From: Eledone cirrhosa
Lineage: Eukaryota
Assembly: GCA_964016885.1 (NCBI GenBank)
Contig: OZ024751.1
Location: 47,988,001 to 48,052,000 of the forward strand
Direction: 5' to 3'
Length of the DNA stretch: 64,000 bases
Positions 1-11,872 of the stretch are shown one piece after another. A program made the position numbers and the translations under genes. The notes below the pieces were generated by a model. That model was not told the DNA's origin. It was given only the letters and a program-made list of their open reading frames with translations, and searched no databases. The first letter of the stretch is position 1, and each line of letters opens with the position of its first letter.

Positions 1-208
1 ACCACCAAGTCACTCTCCTCCTGCTTGAGGTCTTACTCCAGCCACAAACCTCATCCGTCGCCTCTAGTAAGTTATTTTTTAGGAACTCCCAGTTCTCTTC
101 TACGTTAAATGTCTCTATCTGTTCTTCTTTACTGTCGTAGGCGTTGAGTAAAATATCTTTAAATCTGTTACTGGTTGAGGGGACTTTCAGCTTCCAGATC
201 TTTCTTAT
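1..208 (-). mobile_element. RTE-clade LINE fragment (APE-RT linker), 5'-truncated, runs off the left edge
   Basis: Minus strand translates RKIWKLK...NWEFLKNNLLEATDEVCGWSKTSSRRRVTWW, homologous to ICGWSRPVGRRRVTWW at the 5' end of the RTE copy near 59075. Confidence 0.8.
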
Positions 209-1089
209 ATATATCATCATCACCGTTTTACGTCCGTTCTTCCACGCTAGCATGGGTTAGACGTGTATATATATATATATATATGCAAAGGTGTGGGTGC
301 ATATAAATATGCTTGTATATGTATATATGAATGTATGCATTGTATGCATATAGAAATATTCACACCAAAAAATATATATAAACATATTTTTACACAAACA
401 TACAAATATGAATAAACGTGTGTATGTATATATACATACATGAGTGGAAGAAGGGGGAACTAGTAGCAACAGTCAACAGTTAATTTGTCACTTAATCTGC
501 TCTCTAAATCAATGTGTGTGTGTGTGTGTGTGTGCATATGTTTATGTTTGAGTCTGTAACCTTGTGTACACGTCTGTGTGTACATGTTTGTCTTCGCATG
601 TGCGTGTATATGCCTTTGTGTCTGTGTGTGTAGGTATGTGTGTTGTGTGAGTATGGGTGAATGTTGTGTGTCTGCGCTGTGTTGTATGTATGCGCGTATA
701 TGTTCGTTTGTGTATACGTATGTATGTATGTATGTATGCATGTATGTGTATATGTACATGTGACCCAGATCAGACACATGTTTCAGATATATCCAATAAC
801 ATCCTAACCCTCACCCAGAGAAGAAGACGTGTCAATGTTACAGTCTGCAGAGTTTCAAACCAAATAACCACATTTCTAGCTGATAATAAACAGAACTTGG
901 TAGCCAAGTGGTTCAGAGTTGGATCCAACCCTGGGATACCATAGCAGCTGGGGTCCATCCTAAGACTCCTTGCAACATCATAGTATTTTGGGAACCATCG
1001 CAAGATCCTTGTAACACCATAACATTTGGGGTCCATTTTAAGACCCTTGCGAGACCATATCATCTGAGAGTCATCCCAAGACCCCTTCC

Positions 1090-1450
1090 AGTGTCATAGC
1101 ATCTGAATTCCATCCCCAAACCCCTTGAGATACCATATTATCTGTGGATCATCCCAAAACCCCTTGCGACACCATATAACCTGGGATCATCCCAAGACCT
1201 CTTGCGACACCATATTATCTGTGGATCATCCCAAGACCCCTTGCGACACCATATTATCTGTGGATCATCCCAAAACCCCTTGCGACACCATATAACCTGG
1301 GATCATCCCAAGACCCCTTGAGACACCATATTATCTGTGGATCATCGCAAGACCCCTTGCGACAGCATATTATCTGTGGATCATCCCAAGACCCCTTGCG
1401 ACACCATATAACCTGGGATCATCCCAAGACCTCTTGCGACACCATATCAT
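1090..1450. repeat. ~38-40 bp minisatellite
   Basis: Recurrent GACACCATATTATCTGTGGATCATCCCAAGACCCCTTGC units. Confidence 0.9.
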
Positions 1451-2324
1451 GTGAAGTCATCAAAATATAAAGAAGGGGCAAAACAAATACTGCAAGGCAT
1501 TTTATTAGACAGATGACTTCTAATTTAAGTTACAAGGTAAACCACAATGTGTTGCCGGAATGGACAGGAGGAGGGGCAGGAGCAGTCATTGAAAATCAAA
1601 TTCTCAGTAGATGATTGGTATTTGAAATATTGATACTTATTGATTTAATACTCAATTATCATCAATTCAAGTTGCCAAGACAGAGTAGATAGAGACACGG
1701 GAATTGTCAGGAGAGACAGACAGACAGATGTACAGTAGATAGATTGACAGACAGACAGAAATAAATGAAGAATTGAATATATATATATATATATAGTATT
1801 GAATCGTCGTGGATTATGTGAGGGGCATATAATCTAGACATTACGCTCTCCGGACTGTGAAAATGGTGTTGTACACGAAAACCATAACATCGCTTTGCTA
1901 CACATTTCTAATATTTTTAATATTTATAATATTTCTCTACACACAAGCTTCTATAACATTCATATAAAAGATACATTACCAATACAACCCCCTTAATACT
2001 CTTGATTACCCGCTTAAAGTGCTTGTATTACATGTAACACCCTGCCGCACTATAATATTATATAAATAAGACATGTGCTTGCCAAACGTGTAACTATTGC
2101 ACACACTAACTGCTTCTGACTATCCTATCGCATTAATTTCATGTTGTATTTTAACTTTAATTTTAATTTTATCCTCTTTTGATATGACTGTAATCTTTAA
2201 ATGTATATTGCCATGCTAAATGTTATAATGGATGTCAACCCACCAAGCAACAATATATGCATATGTTTCTGTATGTCTCTTGGGTTGAAAAGGAGGTCAT
2301 GTATGTGATCATTCATTAATAAAT

Positions 2325-2371
2325 TGCTCCGAAGAATCCAAACCTCGGCTTGGGGGAAACAATTGTAAGCA
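2325..2371 (+). ncRNA. Minimal type I hammerhead ribozyme (CCGAAGA core variant)
   Basis: TGCT-CCGAAGA-stem II (TCCAA/TTGGG)-GAAA-CAATTG-TA-AGCA; palindromic helix III; inside a (TA)n-flanked element at ~1796-2410. Confidence 0.7.
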
Positions 2372-2659
2372 TATAAATGATTTGAACAGAACTTTGATTC
2401 TTATAACTTATATATATATATACTTAGGGTAAATATTGATGCAATTCAATTCAAGCACTCAACGTACTTTTTCCACATAGGAGTGACGGAGTAAATATCG
2501 AATAAGAAAAAGCAAAATGGTCAACTTCCTTCGGACATGCGCCTGCGCAGACCGGTGGGGGTGAATTGGTACTCACAGGGGAACGGATGAAGAACCCAAA
2601 AGTACACACTTCGTCCGTTCCCATGTCGATTCAACTTGGATTGCCTTGGAAACATAACT

Positions 2660-2735
2660 TGCTGTCTGATGATGTCACGACACTCGCACACAGAACAGTG
2701 TGGCCAGTGTCGTCATTGAAATATATATCACAGCA
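2660..2735 (+). ncRNA. Type I hammerhead ribozyme with long stem II
   Basis: TGCTGT-CTGATGA-(ACGACACT...AGTGTCGT)-GAAA-TATATA-TC-ACAGCA; 6-bp stem I. Confidence 0.8.
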
Positions 2736-2778
2736 TTATTATTAAAGGACTTGAACATCTGAAACTACTTCGCTTTTA

Positions 2779-2830
<52 letters not shown>

Positions 2831-2890
2831 TTCTTCATTCCTAAATTCACCTGCAGTGGAATGAACATGACCATTGAGAAAATCACTGAA

Positions 2891-2929
<39 letters not shown>

Positions 2930-2933
2930 TCAG

Positions 2934-2978
<45 letters not shown>

Positions 2979-3032
2979 CATATATATATTCATATATATA
3001 TACACATATATATATATATATTATATATTCAG

Positions 3033-3075
<43 letters not shown>

Positions 3076-3181
3076 CATATATATATTCATATATATATAT
3101 ACACATATATATATACATTTATATATATATATATACGTTTACATATATATATATATATACATTTACATATATATATACATT

Positions 3182-3213
<32 letters not shown>

Positions 3214-3394
3214 TTTACATATATATATACATTTACATATATATATATATATATATACATTTACATATATTCAATTTGTTGGTAATTCAACAAATATAAA
3301 TGTGTATAACTGATTCAGCACTCGACAAGTTTTCTGGAGTATAATATACAATGATATTAAATAAATGGAAACTATATTTATAAAACCATATTTA

Positions 3395-3451
3395 TTCTAT
3401 TATATATATTTCAAGGGCACCAAAATTTTGGTACGCTTTCATCAGATAAAA
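3395..3451 (-). ncRNA. Type I hammerhead ribozyme
   Basis: Minus strand TTTTAT-CTGATGA-AAGCGTACCAAAA/TTTTGGTGCCCTT-GAAA-TATATA-TA-ATAGAA. Confidence 0.8.
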
Positions 3452-3617
3452 TACAAAGTGTGTTTTATAAATTTTGACATAACCAAGGAAAATACCTTAA
3501 CGGTTCAAGTTTTCCTTGGAAAACTTGAACTGTTAAGGTATATTGGTTATGTCAAAACTTGAACTGTTAAGATATATTTTCCTTGGTTATGTCAAAATTT
3601 ATAAAACACACTTTGTA

Positions 3618-3674
3618 TTTTATCTGATGAAAGCGTACCAAAATGTTGGTACTCTTGAAATATATATAATAGAA
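3618..3674 (+). ncRNA. Type I hammerhead ribozyme
   Basis: TTTTAT-CTGATGA-AAGCGTACCAA..TTGGTACTCTT-GAAA-TATATA-TA-ATAGAA. Confidence 0.8.
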
Positions 3675-3755
3675 TAAATATGGTTTTATAAATATAGTTT
3701 CCATTTATTTAATATCATTGTATATATATATATATTTATATATATATATATATAG

Positions 3756-3794
<39 letters not shown>

Positions 3795-3824
3795 TCAAGT
3801 TCTTGAGCTGCAGGACTATCTCAC

Positions 3825-3891
3825 CTTTTTCCTTCTTCCTTCGCTTGCAGTCGTAATCTAATCGTCTTCCCGAGAGCTTTTTTCGATGGTG
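3825..3891 (-). CDS. EndoA: Endophilin-A coding exon (BAR domain, HHRKKLSGRRLDYDCKRRKKEK)
   Basis: 67 nt, tttctacag acceptor, gtgag donor; matches endophilin HHxKKLxGRRLD[FY]D motif; in phase with the 13536-13669 exon. Confidence 0.95.
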
Positions 3892-4578
3892 CTGTAGAAA
3901 GAAAAATGGAGAAAAACAATCAGTTGAATCCATTTGATACCAAACTATCTGAAACTACCTCTTGGTCTACAATATAAAACTATAGTTAGAAGAACACATC
4001 AATCATTCATTTTTGTTTTGAACTGTCTTTGCTTTACATTTGAAAAGGGGTTGAAACACTGAAATATTATATTGAAATATAGTGAGTAAAAAACAACATT
4101 GTTTTGTTTTATTTGTCATCATTTACCCTATATATTTCTAACACATTGTACCTGCTTTCTGCAACTTATCAGTTTATAAAACTGTTTTAAAAAGTTTATA
4201 CTCATATTTATAAAAAATAACTTCCATCATAATTTTATGTAAGTACCTTTGTTAAGTAACTTTAAAAAAAAAAAAAAAATGATGAGATGTTTCCATTTCT
4301 GAAGTTATGTGGAAAGTCTTTGGTTATAGATCCATTGAAATAGAGCATCCAGGAGCTAAACAACAACAACAACAACAACAACAACATATGAAGGAGTCTC
4401 TAGGTAGTCAATGGACATGCTAGAGATAGCAGTCAAATCAACAAACACTATCGTCTTAAAACAAGATCACAATGGATAATATATGTGTGTTGGAGCCTGT
4501 GCTGCTTCCAACAATAAATGTTGCAGTTGTTTGATAAATGAAATTTATGTGCTGAGTATTCTACAGAGAGATGCAACC

Positions 4579-6051
4579 TTAACCCTTTTGCATTTACATT
4601 ACATTATATATACTATTGTATTTTCACGGTAAAGGCTTTACCTCACATAATATCTCATATATTAAACTATATATACTATTGTATTTTCACAGTAAAGGCT
4701 TTACCTCATATAATATCTCATATATTACTCTATATATACTATCGTATTTTCACGGTAAAGGCTTTACCTCACATAATATCTCATATATTACACTATATAT
4801 ACTATTGTATTTTCACGGTAAAGGCTTTACCTCACATAATATCTCATATATTACTCTATATATACTATTGTATTTTCACAGTAAAGGCTTTACCTCACAT
4901 AATATCTCATATATTACTCTATATATACTATCGTATTTTCACGGTAAAGGCTTTACCTCACATAATATCTCATATATTACTCTATATATACTATCATATT
5001 TTCACGGTAAAGGCTTTACCTCACATAATATCTCATATATTACTCTATATATACTATCGTATTTTCACGGTAAAGGCTTTACCTCACATAATATCTCATA
5101 TATTACTCTATATATACTATCGTATTTTCACGGTAAAGGCTTTACCTCACATAATATCTCATATATTACTCTATATATACTATCATATTTTCACGGTAAA
5201 GGCTTTACCTCACATAATATCTCATATATTACTCTATATATACTATTATATTTTCACAGTAAAGGCTTTACCTCACATAATATCTCATATATTACTCTAT
5301 ATATACTATCGTATTTTCACGGTAAAGGCTTTACCTCACATAATATCTCATATATTACTCTATATATACTATCATATTTTCACGGTAAAGGCTTTACCTC
5401 ACATAATATCTCATATATTACTCTATATATACTATCGTATTTTCACGGTAAAGGCTTTACCTCACATAATATCTCATATATTACTCTATATATACTATCG
5501 TATTTTCACGGTAAAGGCTTTACCTCACATAATATCTCATATATTACTCTATATATACTATTATATTTTTGTGTTAAAGGCTTTACCTCACATAATATCT
5601 CATATATTACTCTATATATACTATTATATTTTTGTGTTAAAGGCTTTACCTCACATAATATCTCATATATTACTCTATATATACTATTATATTTTTGTGT
5701 TAAAGGCTTTACCTCACATAATATCTCATATATTACTCTATATATACTATTATATTTTTGTGTTAAAGGCTTTACCTCACATAATATCTCATATATTACT
5801 CTATATATACTATTATATTTTCACGGTAAAGGCTTTACCTCACATAATATCTCATATATTACTCTATATATACTATTATATTTTTGTGTTAAAGGCTTTA
5901 CCTCACATAATATCGAAGCTATGAGATTTTGATATGTATTTTGAGAACAATACCTTAACATTAGTACGAGAGACAGGTAACGGCCAGTTTGAACAGAAAG
6001 AGATGAGAGAATTCTGGCCGGATATGGCCAGGTTAAATACTAAAGGGTTAA
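4579..6051 (+). mobile_element. piggyBac-like MITE expanded by an internal 60-bp tandem array
   Basis: TTAA|CCCTTT ... AAAGGG|TTAA termini; unexpanded ~220-bp relatives at 16591-16818 and 8766-9005. Confidence 0.8.
4600..5915. repeat. 60-bp minisatellite, ~22 copies
   Basis: Unit TTACTCTATATATACTATCGTATTTTCACGGTAAAGGCTTTACCTCACATAATATCTCATATA; source of the spurious 438-aa ORF. Confidence 0.95.
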
Positions 6052-6237
6052 GGTAATATGCAGGGAAATTCAGGATGAAACAAGGTTAGTCTTAAAAATT
6101 ACAGGTACAACTCATTGTTTTCCCAGCAGAATGGATGGGGTATATATATATATATAACGGAGGAAAGGTGGACCATAACGCACCAAAGTACTCAATACTT
6201 GGGGTAGTAGAGTGGGTAACAGGAATGAGTAGGACCC

Positions 6238-6291
<54 letters not shown>

Positions 6292-6781
6292 TATTTATAG
6301 AAAGAGATATATATATATATATAGATATATATATATATATATATAAACATATGTATGTATATGTTAAATGCTTGTCCCACTTTCCTTTCTACTCTGCTTT
6401 GAAGAGGAACAAAAGATTGTTGTCTTTTATTCAGAGACCAGTTTATTACAGATCTTTTGTGTAAAGCTTCAAGGCATAATAGAGGATACATATAGATGCA
6501 GACAGGCACTGCACACAAACACACACATACATACATACAATATACACACATACACACACACACCTATGTCCAATATATGCTGAGGGCAGTTTCACACATA
6601 CACACACGTGTGTTAATAAACATTCCTATATGCCATGTATTGTTGGATTTCCGTCGTTTACAAAGGTGAGTGCACCAGTTGATTAAATCAGTAGAACTGC
6701 CTGCAGATGAAATTAATGTGTAAGTGGCCAAGCATTCCTCAGGGACATTCAGCATAATAATAATAATAATAATAATAATAA

Positions 6782-6965
6782 TTGTTTCTACTTTAGGCAC
6801 AAGGCCAGCAATTACCCAGTACATTACTGGTACTTTATTTTATCGACCCCGTAAGGATCAAAGGCAAAGTTAACCTCGGCGGGATTTGAACTCAGATCAT
6901 AAAGGGACGTAACTCTATGCTTCAAAGCATGGTGTCCGACTCTCTACCGATACTGCCAATCCACC
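6782..6965 (-). mobile_element. tRNA-derived SINE family B (Meta-like core, (TTA)n tail)
   Basis: Minus strand TGGCAGTATCGGT (A box)...GAGTTCAAATCC (B box)...GCCTTTGATCCTTACGGGGTCGATAAAATAAAGTACCAG. Confidence 0.8.
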
Positions 6966-7075
6966 AATAATAATAATAATGCTTTCTTTATTAACCACAA
7001 GGGTTTACACAAAGTAGACATCAAGGACAGTACAGGACAATACAGGACGGTACAAATAATAATAATAATAATAAT

Positions 7076-7255
7076 AATTGTTTCTACTTTAGGCACAAGG
7101 CCAGCAATTACCCAGTGCATTACTGGTACTTTATTTTATCGACCCCGTAAGGATGAAAGGCAAAGTCAACCTCGGTGGGATTTGAACTCAGATCGTAAAG
7201 GGACGTAACTATGCTGGAAAGCATGGCGTCCGACCCTCTACAGATACTGCCAATC
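7076..7255 (-). mobile_element. tRNA-derived SINE family B
   Basis: Second copy of the 6782-6965 element. Confidence 0.8.
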
Positions 7256-7270
7256 TAATAATATATATAT

Positions 7271-7560
7271 ATCATCATCATCATTTTACATCCGCTTTTC
7301 CCTGCTTGCAAGGGTGGGACAGGAACTGATTCTGGCTTGATTTCTACAGCTAGATGCCCTTCCTAACACCAACCTCATTTACAGTGAGTGCTGGGTCCTT
7401 TTATTTTTGCCGTGGCACCTCCACGACCACTTTGCAGTGGAATGATTTGGACCCCAGTCCTATCATCTCATTTCTACAGCTGAGTAAACTGGAGCAATGT
7501 GAAATAAAATGTCTTGCTCAAGGAAACAACACATCACCCGGTCTAAGCCATGTACCTCCA
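7271..7560 (-). mobile_element. SINE family A (RTE-derived tail, (GAT)n end)
   Basis: Near-identical to 15828-16166, 28826-29120 and 39098-39430; internal deletion in the head. Confidence 0.8.
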
Positions 7561-7732
7561 TCTATATATATATATATATATAAATTTTGAGTATATGTTG
7601 GTTGTATACCAACACCTCAGTATGCAGATTGGAGCACTCGACGAAGTGCGTAGGTTGGTTTGGTTACTCCGGAGTAATGCAAAATAAAATAAAATAAATA
7701 AGTCAAATGTTTAAAATTTGGCTTCGTTTATT

Positions 7733-7787
7733 ACTGCTATATATATTTCGGTGACAGCCATCTTTGGCTGTGATCTCTTCAGGCAGT
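7733..7787 (-). ncRNA. Type I hammerhead ribozyme
   Basis: Minus strand ACTGC-CTGAAGA-GATCACAGCCA AAGA TGGCTGTCACC-GAAA-TATATA-TA-GCAGT. Confidence 0.8.
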
Positions 7788-7876
7788 CCGAATCAGTGTG
7801 GTAGAGACGAGTACACATGTTGTTGAGGTGTTTAACTTTGTCAATACTCAGATATGCGCAGTTCCTGGTTGGTTTG

Positions 7877-7938
7877 TTATTACACTGAGGAGTCACAGCC
7901 AAAGATGGCTGTCACCGAAATATATATAGCAGTAATAA
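7877..7938 (+). ncRNA. Type I hammerhead ribozyme (imperfect stem I)
   Basis: TTATTACA-CTGAGGA-GTCACAGCCA AAGA TGGCTGTCACC-GAAA-TATATA-TA-GCAGTAATAA. Confidence 0.65.
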
Positions 7939-8437
7939 ACGAAGCCAAATTTTAAACATTTGACTTATTTATTTTATTTTATTTTATTGTATATATATAT
8001 ATATATATATGAAACTAGCTGTTGAAATGGCAAGAGCTCAGAGTATGTTTATAATATAACCATACTCTACTACCCCAAGTATTGAGAACTCTGGTGAGTA
8101 ATGGTATAACCAGTTTCTAACTAAAGCCATGATTTATATATATATATATATATATATATATGGTGATTGCTGTGAGAAGGGCCAAGAAATCCCAGTAGAG
8201 GAAGACGTAGCAAGAACAGTGCAGTAGTGGTGAGACACAACTAATATCAAATTGCTGAAAGTCAGTGCAAATGTGGTTGGCGTTAGGAAGGGCATCCAGC
8301 TGTAGAAATCTAGCTAGGAACAGTCCTGTATAAGCCAGACACAGTCACCTGACCCAACTTGCCTCTAATGGAACAACCCACCTAACCCATGGTAGTGTGG
8401 AAAATGGATGTTAAACAATGATGATGATAATGAAATG

Positions 8438-8486
<49 letters not shown>

Positions 8487-8765
8487 TTATTTTGGTTGTA
8501 TCATATTCTGTAATATGTACTGAGTTCTTTATTTAGTTGTTTCTTGACAGGCACACACTGACACAAGAAGCAGCTTCATACATATCATTAGACAGGTTGT
8601 CATTATACATGACTAGACTAATGGAAGAACCACATTTCGTAGATACTGATATATTCCATATTTTGGCACGGTTTCTCTGGCTGGATGCCAACCACTTTAC
8701 AGAGTGTACTGGGAGCATATCATCATGACACAACCACTAGAGAGTTTGTCAAATTGTCAGCCAGA

Positions 8766-9005
8766 TTAAACCTTTGGTATTTAAACTGGCCATATCCAGC
8801 CGGAATTCTCTCACCTGGCTGTAACTAGCCGTTCATACTGATGTTAAGGTATTGCTCTCAAAATAAATAATATCAAAATCTCATAGCTTCAATATTATGC
8901 GAGATTATTATGTGAGGCAAAGCCTTTACTACAAACATACAATAGTATCATCATCATCATCATCGTCATTTTATATATAGAGTAATGTAAATGCTAAAGG
9001 ATTAA
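8766..9005 (-). mobile_element. piggyBac-like MITE, diverged copy
   Basis: Reverse-complement homolog of 16591-16818 with degenerate TTAA-CCCTTT ends. Confidence 0.7.
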
Positions 9006-9249
9006 ATAGTCTTCTCTATTTCAATTGTTGACCACTTTAAGGTGACATGACCACTAGAGAAAAGCTCTCAGCTACTCAACATGTAGAGGGTCTTCTCTAC
9101 TCAAAATGTCTAGGACATTCTGGGAAAGCTATAAGAGGATCTCTCTTTAGAAATATGTCCTGTCAATTGAAAGACAAATATTTTAACAATCACGAAGGCC
9201 TAGAAGAGTTGAGATGTTGTCTATTATTGTTTGTATTGTTTTAGTGGGG

Positions 9250-10165
9250 GAGAGTGGATGGTAGTGAGAATAGTTGTGTGGGGGAGGGAGGGTGTTAATG
9301 AGAATAGCTCTGTGGGGGAGGTCGGATGGTAGTGAGAATAGCTCTGTGGAGGGAGGGTGGATGGTAGTGAGAATAGCTCTGTGGAAGGAGGGTGGATGGT
9401 AGTGAGAATAGCTCTGTGGAGGGAGGGTGGATGGTAATGAGAATAGCTCTGTGGAGGGAGGGTGGATGGTAGTGAGAATAGCTCTGTGGAGGGAGGATGG
9501 AAGGAGGGTGGATGGTTGTGAGAATAGCTCTGTGGAAGGAGGGTGGATAGTAGTGAGAATAGCTCTGTGGAAGGAGGGAGGGTGTTAATGAGAATAGCTC
9601 TGTGGGGGAGGTCGGATGGTAGTGAGAATAGCTCTGTGGAGGGAGGGTGGATGGTGGTGAGAATAGCTCTGTGGAAGGAGGGTGGATGGTAGTGAGAATA
9701 GCTCTGTGGAGGGAGGGTGGATGGTAGTGAGAATAGCTCTGTGGAGGGAGGGTGGATGGTGGTGAGAATAGCTCTGTGGAAGGAGGGTGGATGGTAGTGA
9801 GAATAGCTCTGCGGAAGGAGGGTGGATGGTAGTGAGAATAGCTCTGTGGAGGGAGGGTGGATGGTAGTGAGAATAGCTCTGTGGAGGGAGGGTGGATGGT
9901 GGTGAGAATAGCTCTGTGGAAGGAGGGTGGATGGTAGTGAGAATAGCTCTGTGGAAGGAGGGTGGATGGTAGTGAGAATAGCTCTGTGGAAAGAGGGTGG
10001 ATGGTAGTGAGAATAGCTCTGTGGAGGGAGGGTGGATGGTAGTGAGACTAGCTCTGTGGAAGGAGGGAGGGTGTTAATGAGAATAGCTCTGTGGAAAAAG
10101 GGTGGATGGTAGTGAGAATAGCTGTGGAGGGAGGGTGGATGGTAGTGAGAATAGCTCTGTGGGGG
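9250..10165. repeat. 35-bp G-rich minisatellite
   Basis: Unit GAGGGAGGGTGGATGGTAGTGAGAATAGCTCTGTG, ~26 copies. Confidence 0.95.
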
Positions 10166-10289
10166 AGGTGTGCCAGGTACCAGGTGGTGATGTTAAATTG
10201 GGTAACAGGTCAACCATGGTAATCAGGTGCCAGGTGGTGATGTTAAATTGAGCAGCAAGTGAAACAAGGTAATCACTACCTAGCCCCTC

Positions 10290-11872
10290 CCCTAACAGAT
10301 GATTGACAACGTTGACCTTAACAGAAGGTTGGAACAACTAGTCCCTCCCCTAACAGATTAAAGACAAAGTTGACCTCAACAGAAGGTAGGAACAACTAGC
10401 CCCTCCCTTTAACAGATTAAAGACAAAGTTGACCTCAACAGAAGGTAGGAACAACTAGCCCCTCCCTTTAACAGATTAAAGACAAAGTTGACCTCAACAG
10501 AAGGTAGGAACAACTAGCCCCTCCCTTTAACAGATTAAAGACAAGGTTGACCTTAACAGAAGGTAGGAACAACTAACCCCTCCCTTTAACAGATTAAAGA
10601 CAAGGTTGACCTCAACAGAAGGTAGGAACAACTAACCCCTCCCTTTAACAGATTAAAGACAAGGTTGACCTCAACAGAAGGTAGGAACAACTAACCCCTC
10701 CCTTTAACAGATTAAAGACAAGGTTGACCTCAACAGAAGGTAGGAACAACTAACCCCTCCCTTTAACAGATTAAAGACAAAGTTGACCTCAACAGAAGGT
10801 AGGAACAACTAGCCCCTCCCTTTAACAGATTAAAGACAAGGTTGACCTCAACAGAAGGTAGGAACAACTAACCCCTCCCTTTAACAGATTAAAGACAAGG
10901 TTGACCTCAACAGAAGGTAGGAACAACTAACCCCTCCCTTTAACAGATTAAAGACAAAGTTGACCTCAACAGAAGGTAGGAACAACTAGCCCCTCCCTTT
11001 AACAGATTAAAGACAAGGTTGACCTCAACAGAAGGTAGGAACAACTAACCCCTCCCTTTAACAGATTAAAGACAAGGTTGACCTCAACAGAAGGTAGGAA
11101 CAACTAGCCCCTCCCTTTAACAGATTAAAGACAAAGTTGACCTCAACAGAAGGTAAGAACAACTAGCCCCTCCCTTTAACAGATTAAAGACAAAGTTGAC
11201 CTCAACAGAAGGTAGGAACAACTAGCCCCTCCCTTTAACAGATTAAAGACAAAGTTGACCTCAACAGAAGGTAGGAACAACTAACCCCTCCCTTTAACAG
11301 ATTAAAGACAAAGTTGACCTCAACAGAAGGTAGGAACAACTAGCCCCTCCCTTTAACAGATTAAAGACAAAGTTGACCTCAACAGAAGGTAGGAACAACT
11401 AGCCCCTCCCTTTAACAGATTAAAGACAAGGTTGACCTCAACAGAAGGTAGGAACAACTAACCCCTCCCTTTAACAGATTAAAGACAAGGTTGACCTCAA
11501 CAGAAGGTAGGAACAACTAACCCCTCCCTTTAACAGATTAAAGACAAGGTTGACCTCAACAGAAGGTAGGAACAACTAGCCCCTCCCTTTAACAGATTAA
11601 AGACAAAGTTGACCTCAACAGAAGGTAGGAACAACTAGCCCCTCCCTTTAACAGATTAAAGACAAAGTTGACCTCAACAGAAGGTAGGAACAACTAACCC
11701 CTCCCTTTAACAGATTAAAGACAAGGTTGACCTCAACAGAAGGTAGGAACAACTAACCCCTCCCTTTAACAGATTAAAGACAAAGTTGACCTCAACAGAA
11801 GGTAGGAACAACTAGCCCCTCCCTTTAACAGATTAAAGACAAGGTTGACCTCAACAGAAGGTAGGAACAACT
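10290..11872. repeat. 59-bp minisatellite, ~27 copies
   Basis: Unit AACAGATTAAAGACAARGTTGACCTCAACAGAAGGTAGGAACAACTARCCCCTCCCTTT. Confidence 0.95.

Larger units (their letters stand above)
3270..3722. mobile_element. Fold-back non-autonomous hammerhead element in (TA)n
   Basis: Inverted arms ~3348-3545 and ~3556-3722, one hammerhead per arm, (TA)n on both sides. Confidence 0.8.
7583..7990. mobile_element. Fold-back hammerhead element in (TA)n
   Basis: Inverted arms ~7681-7772 and ~7893-7987; hammerheads on both strands. Confidence 0.8.

Noticed and set aside
4616-5932. 438-aa repetitive ORF
   Set aside because: Translation of a 60-bp minisatellite inside a MITE; no support as a gene
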